Origin: an uncultured Alphaproteobacteria bacterium
Lineage (GTDB): Bacteria; Pseudomonadota; Alphaproteobacteria; CAAHEQ01; UBA3637
Direction of reading: 5' to 3'
Length of the DNA stretch: 64,000 bases
Assembly: GCA_949292205.1 (NCBI GenBank)
Contig: CASEYR010000008.1
Location: 14,382 to 78,381, forward strand
The notes under the pieces were generated by a model. The model saw only the letters and a program-made list of their open reading frames with translations, was not told the DNA's origin and did no database searches. Each line of letters begins with the position of its first letter. Positions within the stretch are counted from its first letter, which is position 1. Made by a program: the position numbers and the translations under genes. Below, in pieces: positions 52,021 through 63,690 of the stretch.

Positions 52021-52276
52021 GCTTCGTCCCGATTCATTCTCTTTACTTCTCTTTATTCGGGTATATGTTTCACTTAATTCTACATTAAATTGTTACGATT
52101 TCAGGCGTTAACTCATCTCGTGTAAAAATAGAACACAAGTCTTTTAATCTTTTTCTTTTTTCTCTTGACTTATCTGTCCCGTTCGTGCTATCTCTTTCCG
52201 TAACGGTTTAATGTTCCTTTTTTTGTTATAATCATTTTCGGATACTAACAATTCATAATTTACTGATTTTTTTATT

Positions 52277-53539
52277 TTAGTTTTTACGCAACAAACAACT
52301 GTAAAAGCCATCATACCCCTGATCGGGACAAAAACGCAAGCTACCATACTCTGTCAAAAAAGGAGTCCAACGGTTATCAGTCGGATGAATAATTTCTACT
52401 AGCCCCGTTTCTAGAACAGATTGAACAACTGCGTCCCCCTCCTCTGGTTGCAAAGAGCACGTCGAAAAAACGATTTCTCCTCCTTTTTTTGTTAGCTTAA
52501 TCGCTTTTTTAAGAAGTTCTTTCTGAATTTTCGCCAACCGAGCAATATCATCAGGCTGACGAATATACTTCAGATCGGGATGACGTTGCAAAGTCCCCGT
52601 TGCCGAGCACGGTGCATCTAATAATACGGCATCAAATTTTTCTTTTTCGGCCAAGTCCAAGGCATTTGCACACGCAATATGAACTTGTTCAGTCAAATTC
52701 AATCGTTGCATATTCTCTCGCAATCGAACCAATCGTTTATCTGAGACATCATAGGCATATACTTTAGCCCCACGGCACGCAAGCTGAGCCGTTTTTCCTC
52801 CTGGAGCCGCACACAAATCAGCGACAACTTTTCCCGTTAAGTCGGAAAACAATTGAGCCGGCACACTGGCAGCACCGTTTTGAACCCAAGCCCGTGCCTT
52901 TTCGAAATCAATCAAATCCAAAGGAGAGCCACCATCAAGCCGAATAGAACCTGTAACTAAAACATCTCCTTTCCATTTATCAGCCCAAAATGAAGTATTA
53001 TCGCATACGCTAATATCCAAAGGCGGTGTATTTAAAATAATGGCAGCAAAGCTATCGGCACGTTTTTTTCCATATGCTTTAACCCAAGAATCATATAGCC
53101 AATGTGGTAAGTTAATCGACGAATCCTCAAGACCAGATAATGGATTTTCCAGCCGAGTCATAGCACGTAAAACACCGTTTATCAAGCCGGTCAATCCGTC
53201 CAGATGCATTTTTCTGGCCACCGAAACAGAGGTATTAACAAAAGCATAATCCGGTGTTCCTAAAAAAACGCCCTGAGTAACGCCCAATCTTAAGATTGCC
53301 CAAGCTGTTTTTTGTCGTTTAGGCAAGGGACGCTTCATCAAGCGATTTAAAATACCATCTATCTGACCCAATCGACGCAGACAAGTTGTCACCAACAACC
53401 GAACGAAACGCCGATCGGAAGAGTCTAATTCAGAATATACCTTATCTGCTGAAAAAGCCTCATCTGAGGTACACAGACGATCGGTAATAGCCTCCAGAAT
53501 ACGAACGGCACACAAACGTGAACTCAGATTTTCCGACAT
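52277..53539 (-). CDS. rsmB: 16S rRNA (cytosine967-C5)-methyltransferase RsmB
   Basis: 420 aa. NusB-like N-terminal domain; SAM motif DLCAAPGGKT; catalytic PCSATG. Confidence 0.8.
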   Translation of the reverse strand: MSENLSSRLCAVRILEAITDRLCTSDEAFSADKVYSELDSSDRRFVRLLVTTCLRRLGQIDGILNRLMKRPLPKRQKTAWAILRLGVTQGVFLGTPDYAFVNTSVSVARKMHLDGLTGLINGVLRAMTRLENPLSGLEDSSINLPHWLYDSWVKAYGKKRADSFAAIILNTPPLDISVCDNTSFWADKWKGDVLVTGSIRLDGGSPLDLIDFEKARAWVQNGAASVPAQLFSDLTGKVVADLCAAPGGKTAQLACRGAKVYAYDVSDKRLVRLRENMQRLNLTEQVHIACANALDLAEKEKFDAVLLDAPCSATGTLQRHPDLKYIRQPDDIARLAKIQKELLKKAIKLTKKGGEIVFSTCSLQPEEGDAVVQSVLETGLVEIIHPTDNRWTPFLTEYGSLRFCPDQGYDGFYSCLLRKN

Positions 53540-53548
53540 AGCATTCTT

Positions 53549-55096
53549 CTATGGTCGTCGCAAGAACGCCGGCAAATCCATATTATCATCCAAATCAAAC
53601 AGAGGCGTTTCTTTCGGTTCTTTTCTCGGGGCCGGTTTCGGAGCATGTCGTTTCCCCATCAAATTCGGCACCAAATCAAACAAACTGCTCCGAACTGTTT
53701 TGACATTGGCATCCCCTTGTTTAGCGGCTACATCAACTTCTTCACGCACTTCCGGAATATCATCTATCGAGACAGGTTCCGGCATAATCGGAGTCTTTTC
53801 TTCAAACAGAGCCGGCTCTGGAATTGTCGGAGGTTCCGGCAAATCAACGGCTAAATTAACCTGTGTTCGCTCTAGAACGACCTCAGGTTGAATCAACATG
53901 GATTCATTTGGTAAAGAGGGAGCCGTGCGAATAAGTGCAGGCTCATCCACCTCAAGATTAGGTGTAGATTCTTGAACCGTTTCGATTACAGGAGGCGCCG
54001 AAAATACCGTTGTCGGGGTAACTTCAATCGGTTTAACTTCCGGCTTCTTCGGCTGTTCGGATATATTCTGAGCGGCATCCTTAACCGTTTCATCAATTCC
54101 GGTTGCAACCAAAGAAACACGTATTTTTCCTTGAAGTTCTTCGTTCATAGTTGCGCCAAAGATAATGTTTGCATCCGGATGCAATTCGGCAACAATTCGC
54201 TCTGTAGCCGTATCAACTTCACTCAACGTCAAATCAGAACCACCGGACACATTGATTAAAATACTCCTAGCCCCTTTAACCGTCGTATTATCCAATAACG
54301 GATTGGAAATAGCCCGCTCTGCCGCTTCGGCCGCACGATTCTCGCCACTGCTTTCGCCGGTTCCCATCATTGATCGTCCCATATCAGACAAAACCGTCCG
54401 AACATCGGCAAAATCCAAGTTGATTAACCCCGGATTCATGACCAAATCCGTAATACTGCGAACCCCTTGACACAAGACATCGTCGGCAATTTTAAAAGCC
54501 TCGGCAAACGTTGTTTTATCGCCGGCAATTCGAAACAGATTTTGATTTGGAATCACAATTAAAGTATCCACATATTTTTGTAACTCTATAATTCCTTGTT
54601 CGGCAACCCGCATTCGTCTAGCACCCTCAAAACGGAAGGGTTTTGACACGACCCCCACCGTTAAAATATTCATTTCTTTAGCCAGTTTAGCAATAACGGG
54701 AGCAGCCCCCGTTCCCGTTCCACCACCCATTCCGGCCGTAATAAATAATAAATGCAGTCCGTTCAATGATTCTTTAATTTTATCGGCCGTTTCTTCGGCA
54801 GCTGCTTTACCAACATCCGGATTAGCACCAGCACCGAGACCTTTTGTAATAGCAACGCCTAACTGTAATCTATCGGCCACCAACGATTTTGACAAAGCCT
54901 GAGCGTCCGTATTTGCCGCAAAGAAAGAAACACCGGATAGTTCCGAGGCCACCATATTATTGACGGCATTACCACCGGCACCGCCAACACCGATTACACC
55001 GATATTAGGCGTCAACAGAACTTCCGGCGGAGGCGTTGCCAAACCGATTGATAATCCACTGTCTTCAGTAACACTTAAAAATTCTTGATTAGCCAT
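53549..55096 (-). CDS. ftsZ: cell division protein FtsZ
   Basis: 515 aa. Tubulin signature GGGTGTG. Long alphaproteobacterial C-terminal linker; conserved C-terminal peptide DLPAFLRR. Confidence 0.95.
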   Translation of the reverse strand: MANQEFLSVTEDSGLSIGLATPPPEVLLTPNIGVIGVGGAGGNAVNNMVASELSGVSFFAANTDAQALSKSLVADRLQLGVAITKGLGAGANPDVGKAAAEETADKIKESLNGLHLLFITAGMGGGTGTGAAPVIAKLAKEMNILTVGVVSKPFRFEGARRMRVAEQGIIELQKYVDTLIVIPNQNLFRIAGDKTTFAEAFKIADDVLCQGVRSITDLVMNPGLINLDFADVRTVLSDMGRSMMGTGESSGENRAAEAAERAISNPLLDNTTVKGARSILINVSGGSDLTLSEVDTATERIVAELHPDANIIFGATMNEELQGKIRVSLVATGIDETVKDAAQNISEQPKKPEVKPIEVTPTTVFSAPPVIETVQESTPNLEVDEPALIRTAPSLPNESMLIQPEVVLERTQVNLAVDLPEPPTIPEPALFEEKTPIMPEPVSIDDIPEVREEVDVAAKQGDANVKTVRSSLFDLVPNLMGKRHAPKPAPRKEPKETPLFDLDDNMDLPAFLRRP

Positions 55097-56334
55097 TGCA
55101 TCACCTTTCCCAAACGACCTTTTTGTTTGACTTGCCCGTTAAATTGCTCAACCGGCATCCGTTGATAATCCGCCAAAACATACTTGAGTAATCCCATACA
55201 TGTTACAAATGTATACGAATCAAATTGATTTGGCAAGTTTTTTATTGTGCCTGGCTTACCTAATCGCACATTTCCGTTTAAAAGAGCCGCTGACTTTTCT
55301 TTTAATCCTTGCAACTCACTACCGCCACCGCATAAAACCAGACGACGAGCTGCCACCGAAAAAACTTCCTTTTCATCGAGTACTCGGCCAGCTCGCTCTA
55401 AGATTTCCTCTAATCTAGGCACAATAATTTTAATTAAATCCGCTCGGGGAATTTGGATATTGGACCCATCCTCTTCACCGATAATTGGAACGATTAAACG
55501 CTCTAGCTCGTCTTTCGGGGAGAGAAAAGCGGCGCCATTTAAGGTTTTCAATCGTTCGGCAGTCGCCAATGAAGCACTTAGTCCCTGAGCAATATCCCGC
55601 GTAATAGCATTCCCACCGCGCGCAACAAGTCCCAAATGAACCAATCCGCCACTTAAAAACAGCGCCAAAGATGTTGTTCCAGCCCCCATATCAATAACCG
55701 TTGCACCGATTTCTTTTTCCTCATCAGACAAAACAGCCAAAGCCGAAGCATAAGGTGTTGCCACTTTCATATCAATACCGACATGGCATCTGTCCAAAAC
55801 CATCACTAGGTTTCTTAATTGTGTTTCCGGAATCGTAATAACGTGAACATGAGCCCCCAAAGTTGTTGCATATAATCCTCTGGGATCATTAATACCTTGC
55901 TCTTTATCAACAACATATCCCAGCGGGAAAGTATGAATAACCTCATCTTCCGCAGAAACGCAAGAAGCAACCATACCATCTACCAAATGTTTTACATCCG
56001 TTGCCGTAATTGGATGTCCATCGGCTATGGTTGTTTCCTGATAAAGATGATTCGATTTTAACTGACTTGATGAGATGTTAACCGTTACCGAATCAATTTG
56101 ACGATCTGCTTGTTTTTCGATTTGAGCCAGAACAGACCCGATACATTCCGTTGCTTTATCCAAATCCACGATAGCACCGGCTTTAATACCCTTGGCCGGA
56201 GCATACCCAAAGCCAACGACTTCCGGCTTTCCGTCAGCCGGCACATGAACCATCAGGCCACATATTTTTGATGTTCCGATATCCAGAACGGTAACATATG
56301 ACTTACCCTTTGAACGTATCCCGCCAAATCTCAT
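55075..56334 (-). CDS. ftsA: cell division protein FtsA
   Basis: 419 aa, actin-like ATPase. Confidence 0.92.
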   Translation of the reverse strand: MRFGGIRSKGKSYVTVLDIGTSKICGLMVHVPADGKPEVVGFGYAPAKGIKAGAIVDLDKATECIGSVLAQIEKQADRQIDSVTVNISSSQLKSNHLYQETTIADGHPITATDVKHLVDGMVASCVSAEDEVIHTFPLGYVVDKEQGINDPRGLYATTLGAHVHVITIPETQLRNLVMVLDRCHVGIDMKVATPYASALAVLSDEEKEIGATVIDMGAGTTSLALFLSGGLVHLGLVARGGNAITRDIAQGLSASLATAERLKTLNGAAFLSPKDELERLIVPIIGEEDGSNIQIPRADLIKIIVPRLEEILERAGRVLDEKEVFSVAARRLVLCGGGSELQGLKEKSAALLNGNVRLGKPGTIKNLPNQFDSYTFVTCMGLLKYVLADYQRMPVEQFNGQVKQKGRLGKVMQWLIKNF

Positions 56335-57116
56335 GAAGCACCTCCTTTTTGAGTCCGAACAATCAATCTGTCAGGCAACCGTAAATCTATCACTTTTAAA
56401 TCCCTTTTTAAAATTTGTCCCTCTTCGTTCAGTTGCTGTAGCCGAGCCAAAGCCGTTCCAATACCTGTCTCCGGCAAATAAATCTCGGTACCGGCTTCGG
56501 CATCATTTAAAATTAAATTCCAACGGCGACCACCGACACGAACAGCGGAACGAACTTTAACCGCTATCTCTTTGTATTCATCTAACAAGCGAATCAAAGC
56601 CGGCGTATGTTTCGGTGCATCTTGACCAACAACTAATAATAAATTACCCAGAACGGTCTTATCGTCTTGAATTGGCTTTCCATCCTCATCTAATGGAAAA
56701 TATCGCTTTTTATTTTGCCAAACGGCAATCGGCTTTTTTTCTTCAATTTGGATAAAGACTGTGGACGGCAAGTGGCGTTCAACCGTTACTTTTTTAACCC
56801 ATGGCAATTTTAATAATTTTGCCCGAGATTCCTCTAAATCAATATCGAAAATGGGCATTCCCTGTGTTAAACTCAAAGTAGAGTTAATATCACTTTGATT
56901 TGTTCTGATATGACCGGAGACCAAAACCTGATCCAAAACCAGATGAGCCTTATCACACGTAACATCATATGCCTTTTGCGCAAATGCGATAACAGGCTTT
57001 CCCCAAGGAGAGACAAAGAAGCCAAAGACACCACCACACACCAACACGATTAAGCCAATCATCAACTTAACTTTCAAGGAAACGATTGGCTTTTTTTTCT
57101 TTTTTATTTTCCGCAC
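56331..57116 (-). CDS. ftsQ: cell division protein FtsQ
   Basis: 261 aa. N-terminal TM; POTRA and beta domains. Confidence 0.8.
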   Translation of the reverse strand: MRKIKKKKKPIVSLKVKLMIGLIVLVCGGVFGFFVSPWGKPVIAFAQKAYDVTCDKAHLVLDQVLVSGHIRTNQSDINSTLSLTQGMPIFDIDLEESRAKLLKLPWVKKVTVERHLPSTVFIQIEEKKPIAVWQNKKRYFPLDEDGKPIQDDKTVLGNLLLVVGQDAPKHTPALIRLLDEYKEIAVKVRSAVRVGGRRWNLILNDAEAGTEIYLPETGIGTALARLQQLNEEGQILKRDLKVIDLRLPDRLIVRTQKGGAS

Positions 57117-58027
57117 GAAGCCTCCTCAACCAAACGAGCAACTAAATCCTGATAAGATAACCCTCGACAAACACGAACGACCTCGGGCACTAAAGACAAC
57201 TGTGTCATCCCGGGGTTTGTGTTAATTTCCAGAAACACCAGTCTGGGATGTTCCGGTTCTGTTTCGTCATCCAACCGAAAATCACTCCGAGACGTTCCAT
57301 TACACATCAGAACACGATGAGCCTTTAAAGCCTCAGCCATTGCCAAATCATATACATCTTTCGGCAGCTGAGCCGGAATAACATGTTCTGCCGCACCCGC
57401 CGTATATTTATTATTGAAGTCATAGTAACCTTTTTGAGGTATAATTTCAACGACCCCGATGGCCTCATCATCCAATATGACAACAGATAACTCACGTCCC
57501 GGTATATAGGCCTCCATCAGCATTTTTTTATCAGGGGAAGCCGTTTTTAGAAAGTTCTCTTTATCCGCAGAAGTTCGAATAATTGATACCCCTAAAGAAG
57601 AACCTTCATCATTTGGTTTTAAAACATACGGCATCGGTAAATCTCTATTTTCCCGAATATCCGCAACAGAAACAATCCGTCCTTCGGCAACGGCAATACC
57701 GGCCTCTCGAATAATACGACGTGTCATTTCCTTATTCATTCCGATACTTGAGGCCATAACCCCCGAATGCGTATAGGGAATACCCATTAAATTCAAAACG
57801 CCTTGGATACACCCGTCTTCACCATAACGCCCATGCAAGGCATTAAAAACAACGTCTGGTTTTTCTTGATAGAGAGTATCTACAAAATCTTTAATATCTG
57901 CCGTTAAATCATAGGTAATAACATCATATCCTGTTGCCTTCAAAGCCTCTGCCACACCGGAACCGCTTATTAGGGAAATAGAACGTTCCGATGATAATCC
58001 GCCCATGACAACCATTACTTTTTTCAT
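57104..58027 (-). CDS. ddl: D-alanine--D-alanine ligase
   Basis: 307 aa, ATP-grasp fold. Confidence 0.9.
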   Translation of the reverse strand: MKKVMVVMGGLSSERSISLISGSGVAEALKATGYDVITYDLTADIKDFVDTLYQEKPDVVFNALHGRYGEDGCIQGVLNLMGIPYTHSGVMASSIGMNKEMTRRIIREAGIAVAEGRIVSVADIRENRDLPMPYVLKPNDEGSSLGVSIIRTSADKENFLKTASPDKKMLMEAYIPGRELSVVILDDEAIGVVEIIPQKGYYDFNNKYTAGAAEHVIPAQLPKDVYDLAMAEALKAHRVLMCNGTSRSDFRLDDETEPEHPRLVFLEINTNPGMTQLSLVPEVVRVCRGLSYQDLVARLVEEASCGK

Positions 58028-58029
58028 TG

Positions 58030-58968
58030 CTATCCTTTGTCAACCCCCAATTTACGCACTTCCCACTCCAAAGTAACACCCTGAGTTTCTTGGACTTTTT
58101 TTCTAATTTTCTCACCCAGTGTTTCAATATCTTTGGCGGTAGCGTTTCCTGTGTTAATTAAGAAATTAGCATGCTTATCGGACACAACAGCGCCCCCGAC
58201 TCTAGCACCTCTAAATCCGGCATTTTCAATCAATTTCCAAGCCATCAATCCGTCCGGATTTTTGAAAGTAGAGCCGGCCGTCCGAACGCCTTGCGGTTGA
58301 GAAGCCTCTCGCTTTTTCCGATACTCAGCCGTTTTTGAACGAATTTCCTCCACATCATCGACAAGAGTCCCTTGCATAACCGCTTCCAAGAAAATCCAAT
58401 CATTCGGCAGATAGCACTGACGATAAGCAAACACATCCATTTCTCTCGGATCAATTTCGGTTACCTCTCCGTTTGCCATCATCACCAGAACAGATATCAA
58501 ACGATCAGACATAGATTGTTTAAAAGCCCCTGCATTCATTCGGATAGCACCACCGACAGATCCCGGAATACCCGACAAAAATTCAAAACCGCTTAATTTA
58601 TGACGCTCTGCGACCCGAGCTACCTCCATAACAGAGGCTGCCGCACCACAAATAATTTTATTTCCTTCCACGCGGACGGAAGCAAAGGGCTTACCCAAGT
58701 GAACGGTAATCCCAGGTATACCGCCGTCTCGAATCAGAACATTGCTCCCTGCCCCCAAAACGGTTAAAGGTTCATCAGGCAAAAAACGAATCAACATGGA
58801 TAAATCAGACACATCTGCCGGCTCAAAATAAACCGTAGCAGGTCCGCCGACACCAAACCAAGTTTTACGCCCTATTGGTTCATTTTCCACAACTTGCCCA
58901 GACAGTGGCGGAAGTCTATCCAACAATCGTGGCTTTCGGTCAAACAATCGAGACAACCACTTTATCAT
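58030..58968 (-). CDS. murB: UDP-N-acetylenolpyruvoylglucosamine reductase
   Basis: 312 aa. FAD-binding and MurB C-terminal domains. Confidence 0.9.
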   Translation of the reverse strand: MIKWLSRLFDRKPRLLDRLPPLSGQVVENEPIGRKTWFGVGGPATVYFEPADVSDLSMLIRFLPDEPLTVLGAGSNVLIRDGGIPGITVHLGKPFASVRVEGNKIICGAAASVMEVARVAERHKLSGFEFLSGIPGSVGGAIRMNAGAFKQSMSDRLISVLVMMANGEVTEIDPREMDVFAYRQCYLPNDWIFLEAVMQGTLVDDVEEIRSKTAEYRKKREASQPQGVRTAGSTFKNPDGLMAWKLIENAGFRGARVGGAVVSDKHANFLINTGNATAKDIETLGEKIRKKVQETQGVTLEWEVRKLGVDKG

Positions 58969-60392
58969 TTCAGCTTTCCTTTCAAAGCCTTAACCAACTC
59001 AACAGATTGCGTTGATATAGAACCGGCTCCCAAACAAACAACCGTATCATAGGGACGAATTTGTCCGGCCACCAGATCCGGAAGAGATTTAAAATCGGGA
59101 ACATAGATTGCTTTTGGGTGTCGCACCGACAAAGCCTGAGCAAACTTTTCTCCCGATATATCCTTAATCGGCCCTTCTCCTGCCCCGTAGACATCACAAA
59201 CCAGAACGATATTAGCGTCATTAAAACAAGTCAAAAAATCATTCCATAAATCCCGTAACCGAGAATATCTATGTGGTTGAAAGACAGCAATCACGCGTCC
59301 TTGTGTTCCATTCCGAACGGCTTTCAAAGTTGCTTGAATTTCGACGGGGTGATGAGCATAATCATCATAAACAGTTACCTCTGTACCAATAACCCCCCGC
59401 GGTGTCAGTCGCCGTTGTATTCCTTTAAAATTAGCTAAAGTCCGCTTAATCACTCTGTCCGATAATCCCATCTGAGCAGCTACGGCAACCGCCGCCATTG
59501 CGTTAGCGATATTATGTGTTCCCATTAAGGACAATTCAACATCTTTAATTTTATGAAACTTACTGCCCTGACGAACAAAGACATCGAAAACAAAGCCACC
59601 TGTTTTTGTCCGAATATGGTCCGGATGAACATCTGCTTGTCGATCCAACCCATATGTGATAATTTTACGTTCCGGCAACGATGCAATAATTTCACGAACA
59701 ACGGGATGATCAAAACAGGCAATCGTGCATCCATAAAAAGCGGTTTGTCGAATGAACTCACGATAAGCCATCTTCATATGATCAAAAGTTTTATAAAACT
59801 CCATATGTTCCGGATCGATATTCGTGATGACTGAAATAGTTGTCGGCAGTCTTAAGAAAGAACCATCTGATTCATCGGCTTCTACCACGACCCAGTCACC
59901 CTTGCCCAATCGAGCATTAGATGCTTGAGCATTCAAAATACCTCCGATAACGAAGCTCGGTTTTTTTCCACCCTCCATCATCAAGCTGGCAATCAAAGAA
60001 GATGTCGTCGTTTTTCCATGAGTTCCCGACACGCAAATACTTTGTTTATACTTTAAAATCTCGGCTAACATTTCGGAACGATGTCCAACAGCTAAACCAC
60101 GGCGACGCGCCTCAATCAATTCCGGATTATCCCGATGAATCGCACTGGAAATAACGACGGCATCAACACCGTCCAAATGACTGGCATCATGTCCGATAAA
60201 AACAGAAATCCCTTGTTTAGAAAGACGCTTGGTATTAGCATTTTCGACATTATTGGAACCTTGTACATGAACGCCTAAATCATTCAGCATTTCGGCAATA
60301 GCACTCATACCAATGCCACCGATTCCGATAAAGTGAATTTTATGTAGTGGAAGAGTCAGTTTCATTTTTGATTTCCTTTTACAATATCCCAT
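58965..60392 (-). CDS. murC: UDP-N-acetylmuramate--L-alanine ligase
   Basis: 475 aa. Mur ligase motifs GTHGKTTT, DNPEL. Confidence 0.92.
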   Translation of the reverse strand: MGYCKRKSKMKLTLPLHKIHFIGIGGIGMSAIAEMLNDLGVHVQGSNNVENANTKRLSKQGISVFIGHDASHLDGVDAVVISSAIHRDNPELIEARRRGLAVGHRSEMLAEILKYKQSICVSGTHGKTTTSSLIASLMMEGGKKPSFVIGGILNAQASNARLGKGDWVVVEADESDGSFLRLPTTISVITNIDPEHMEFYKTFDHMKMAYREFIRQTAFYGCTIACFDHPVVREIIASLPERKIITYGLDRQADVHPDHIRTKTGGFVFDVFVRQGSKFHKIKDVELSLMGTHNIANAMAAVAVAAQMGLSDRVIKRTLANFKGIQRRLTPRGVIGTEVTVYDDYAHHPVEIQATLKAVRNGTQGRVIAVFQPHRYSRLRDLWNDFLTCFNDANIVLVCDVYGAGEGPIKDISGEKFAQALSVRHPKAIYVPDFKSLPDLVAGQIRPYDTVVCLGAGSISTQSVELVKALKGKLK

Positions 60393-61480
60393 ACAATATC
60401 AGCCATTTTATCTGCTGCATCTGTTCGACTCAGCTCACTTGCCCGAGTAGCCGCTTCATGTAGCAATCCCGGATTTCGAATCAGCTGAGCCAATCTTTTA
60501 GCAAACATCTTTGGATCAAAATCCGCCTCAATTGTCATCCAACCGGCACCGGCATCACTGAATAATCTGGCATTTTCCGCCTGATGATTGTCTGCCGCCG
60601 ACGGCAAAGGAATAATCAACCCCGGTCGCCCGATAATCATAAGCTCTGTCAAAGTTGAAGCCCCCCCGCGACCAATAACCAAATGACTTTTTTTCAAGAG
60701 CTCCGGCATATTCTGAAAAAAGCTGGACAAAGTGACTTTTTTAAATCCAGCATTATCATAGAATGAATGAGCCGTATCCATATCTTCGGCGCGAACTTGT
60801 TGAGTCAATTCAATCTGAGCGCGCATATCATCGGGTAAAGCCAATAATGCTTCCGGCAACCGTGTACTAAAGAACCGAGCCCCTTGACTGCCCCCAAAAA
60901 TCAACAATCTAAAAACATTTTTAACGGTTGGATAAGCCGTTTTACCGCAATCTAGAATAGCGGGGCGAGCCGGCAACCCGACCTGAACCTGTGGCACATC
61001 TGACGGCACACGCAATGTCGGTTGAAAAGACGTTGCAATTAACCGAGCGCCTTTAGCCAACATCCGATTAGCTCTTCCCAAAACAGCGTTTTGTTCATGT
61101 AAAACAACCGGTATCCTAGCCAAATGACCGGCCATTACCGCCGGAATAGAGGCATATCCGCCGACACCCACGATTGCTGCCGGCTTTAGTTTATACATCA
61201 AGAAAACAGCTTGAACCGTGCCGATATATAGCTTGAAAGCCGCCCAAATTTTACGTAAAAAAGAACGACCGCTCACCGATTCAGCCATCAGACGATAAAC
61301 TTGAACACCTTTTAAGCCTTGAAAAGCCTGACCTCGTTTATCCGTCACGAAAGCAACCTCAATTCCCTTTTTAACCAAAGCGGCCGAAATAGCCTCAGCA
61401 GGAAAAATATGACCACCGCTTCCACCCGTTGTCACAATAACCAGCGTTTTTTGTTTATGCGTTATTTCTTTTTTACTCAT
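60362..61480 (-). CDS. murG: undecaprenyldiphospho-muramoylpentapeptide beta-N-acetylglucosaminyltransferase
   Basis: 372 aa, GT28 motifs. Confidence 0.92.
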   Translation of the reverse strand: MSKKEITHKQKTLVIVTTGGSGGHIFPAEAISAALVKKGIEVAFVTDKRGQAFQGLKGVQVYRLMAESVSGRSFLRKIWAAFKLYIGTVQAVFLMYKLKPAAIVGVGGYASIPAVMAGHLARIPVVLHEQNAVLGRANRMLAKGARLIATSFQPTLRVPSDVPQVQVGLPARPAILDCGKTAYPTVKNVFRLLIFGGSQGARFFSTRLPEALLALPDDMRAQIELTQQVRAEDMDTAHSFYDNAGFKKVTLSSFFQNMPELLKKSHLVIGRGGASTLTELMIIGRPGLIIPLPSAADNHQAENARLFSDAGAGWMTIEADFDPKMFAKRLAQLIRNPGLLHEAATRASELSRTDAADKMADIVWDIVKGNQK

Positions 61481-62605
61481 TTATTCCAATCCTCTACTAA
61501 GAGTTCGGCTGTGAATCAGTCCCAAGATAACTCCAAAGGCAAAACCGATGGAAACCAACGACGACCCGCCATAGGATATGAATGGCAGAGTCATTCCCTT
61601 TGTGGGCAACAAATTCAACGTTGAACCCATGTTTACAATAGCCTGAAAAGCAATTTGTGTCAATAATCCGCCGACTGCGATTTGGCAGAAATAATTATTT
61701 TCCTGTCGAATTAACCAAAAACCACGCAACAAAATAAAAGCAAACACACATACCAACGCCGCCGTCAAAATGAACCCAAATTCTTCGGCCGAAACAGCCA
61801 AAATAAAATCGGTATGAGCATCCGGTAATTCATACTTGACAACACCTTCCCCCGGACCTTTTCCGAACCAACCGGCATTTTGTAATGTTTCCAAAGACTT
61901 TTCAACTTGATAAGCTTCACCTGCTTGTGGATTTAAGAAGCGTTCAATCCGCGCATGTACGTGATCAAAACAAAAATAAGCTATTGGAATCAATCCGGCA
62001 AATGCAACACCTAAAATCGAAACAACAACCATCGGTATCCCTGATAAAAGCAGTTGAGCACCAAAAATAGCACTAACCGTCAACAACATACCAATATCCG
62101 GTTGAAAAAACAACAAAAGAGCAATGATAGTATACAAAACGATTGCCAACAAATATCCCGGAAACTTTTTAATCAATCTGCCCGAAGCCAACAACCAAGC
62201 ACAAACAACGGCAAACGCCGGCTTAACAAACTCGGACGGTTGAAGACCGATGCCAAAAACATTAATCCAGCGTTTAGCACCTTTAATTTCAGTTCCCAAA
62301 AACAGAACAAAAATCATACATACGATGGCTCCGATTAAGACAAGACCGGACAATCGCCTAATCTGCTGAACGGATAACATAGATGTTCCGATTAAAACGA
62401 CTATTGTCGGCACAATAAATATAAACTGACGATAAATAAAGTGGAACGAGCTGATATCATTTCGTTCTGCCACGGCTGGACTGGCCGCCAATGTCAAAAA
62501 GACGCCAAACAAAATCAAGATAAAAGCACTATATAAAATAGACTTATCCAGATTTCGATAGCGGTTGATAAAGAATGTTTGAAATTTAACCAAAAGTGCT
62601 TTCAT
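61481..62605 (-). CDS. ftsW: peptidoglycan glycosyltransferase FtsW (SEDS family)
   Basis: Start refined to MKALLVKF... to avoid overlap with mraY. 10-TM SEDS protein. Confidence 0.85.
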   Translation of the reverse strand: MKALLVKFQTFFINRYRNLDKSILYSAFILILFGVFLTLAASPAVAERNDISSFHFIYRQFIFIVPTIVVLIGTSMLSVQQIRRLSGLVLIGAIVCMIFVLFLGTEIKGAKRWINVFGIGLQPSEFVKPAFAVVCAWLLASGRLIKKFPGYLLAIVLYTIIALLLFFQPDIGMLLTVSAIFGAQLLLSGIPMVVVSILGVAFAGLIPIAYFCFDHVHARIERFLNPQAGEAYQVEKSLETLQNAGWFGKGPGEGVVKYELPDAHTDFILAVSAEEFGFILTAALVCVFAFILLRGFWLIRQENNYFCQIAVGGLLTQIAFQAIVNMGSTLNLLPTKGMTLPFISYGGSSLVSIGFAFGVILGLIHSRTLSRGLE

Positions 62606-62607
62606 AT

Positions 62608-63690
62608 CTACCTCAATTTTAAAGTGGCTAAAGCAAACAAGGCCAACAGAATAGACACAATCCAAAAGCGAACAACGACGGTCGTTTCTGACCATCCTTT
62701 CTTTTCAAAGTGATGATGAATCGGTGCCATCAGAAACACTCTTTTTCCTGTCAGTTTATATGAGCCGACTTGAATAATATCGGACAAAGCCTCGACAACG
62801 AAGACACCACCGGCGATTGCCAGAACAAGCTCATGTTTTGTTGCCACGGCCAAAGCGCCCAAAGCACCCCCCAAAGCCAACGAACCGGTATCCCCCATAA
62901 AAACCTGAGCCGGATGAGCATTATACCACAAAAAGCCCAGAGTTCCCCCAATCAGAGCCCCCCCGAAGACCGCCAATTCACCGGCTTGTTTGACATGATA
63001 GATTTGAAGATATGTTGCATAATCGGCGCGTCCCACCACATAAGCAATAATAACAAAAACCAGCGTTGCCATAATAACGGGAATACTGACAAGCCCATCC
63101 AATCCATCTGTCAAATTAACGGCGTTAGCCGTTCCAACCATTACGACTAAAACGAACGGTATATAAAACCACCCGATATCAATTAAGATATTCTTAAAGA
63201 ACGGAATAGTCAGAGTTGTGGCCATAGAGCCTTGTTCTAAACAGATCATAATCACACAAGCCAACAAGCTAATAAAAAACTCAATTCCCAATCTTTTTTT
63301 ACCTGAAATACCGGCCGTATTATGCTTTGTTAATTTTAAATAATCATCAGCAAAACCAACGGCACCAAATCCCAAAAAGACAAACAATAATACCCAAACA
63401 TACGGATTTGTCGGGATAGCCCACAAAAGCGTTGAGATAGATCCTGCCGCCACGATTAGCAAACCACCCATTGTCGGCGTTCCTTTTTTACTCAAGTGTG
63501 TTTGAGGACCATCTGCCCGAATTGGTTGTCCCTCCCCTTGTTTTCGTTTTAACCACGCAATAAAGGCAGGTCCACAAAATAATACGATTAAAAAAGCCGT
63601 AATTAAAGCACCACCGGTCCGAAATGTAATATATCTAAACAGATTAAGTGGTGTTAACCAATTGCTTAAAAATGAAAGCCAGTATAACAT
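62608..63690 (-). CDS. mraY: phospho-N-acetylmuramoyl-pentapeptide-transferase
   Basis: 360 aa. MraY motifs [12 protein letters not shown]. Confidence 0.93.
   Translation of the reverse strand: MLYWLSFLSNWLTPLNLFRYITFRTGGALITAFLIVLFCGPAFIAWLKRKQGEGQPIRADGPQTHLSKKGTPTMGGLLIVAAGSISTLLWAIPTNPYVWVLLFVFLGFGAVGFADDYLKLTKHNTAGISGKKRLGIEFFISLLACVIMICLEQGSMATTLTIPFFKNILIDIGWFYIPFVLVVMVGTANAVNLTDGLDGLVSIPVIMATLVFVIIAYVVGRADYATYLQIYHVKQAGELAVFGGALIGGTLGFLWYNAHPAQVFMGDTGSLALGGALGALAVATKHELVLAIAGGVFVVEALSDIIQVGSYKLTGKRVFLMAPIHHHFEKKGWSETTVVVRFWIVSILLALFALATLKLR

Noticed and set aside
52144-52347. 67-aa minus-strand ORF overlapping the 3' end of rsmB
   Set aside because: Out-of-frame overlap with rsmB. 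Lys-rich low-complexity tail in an AT-rich intergenic region.
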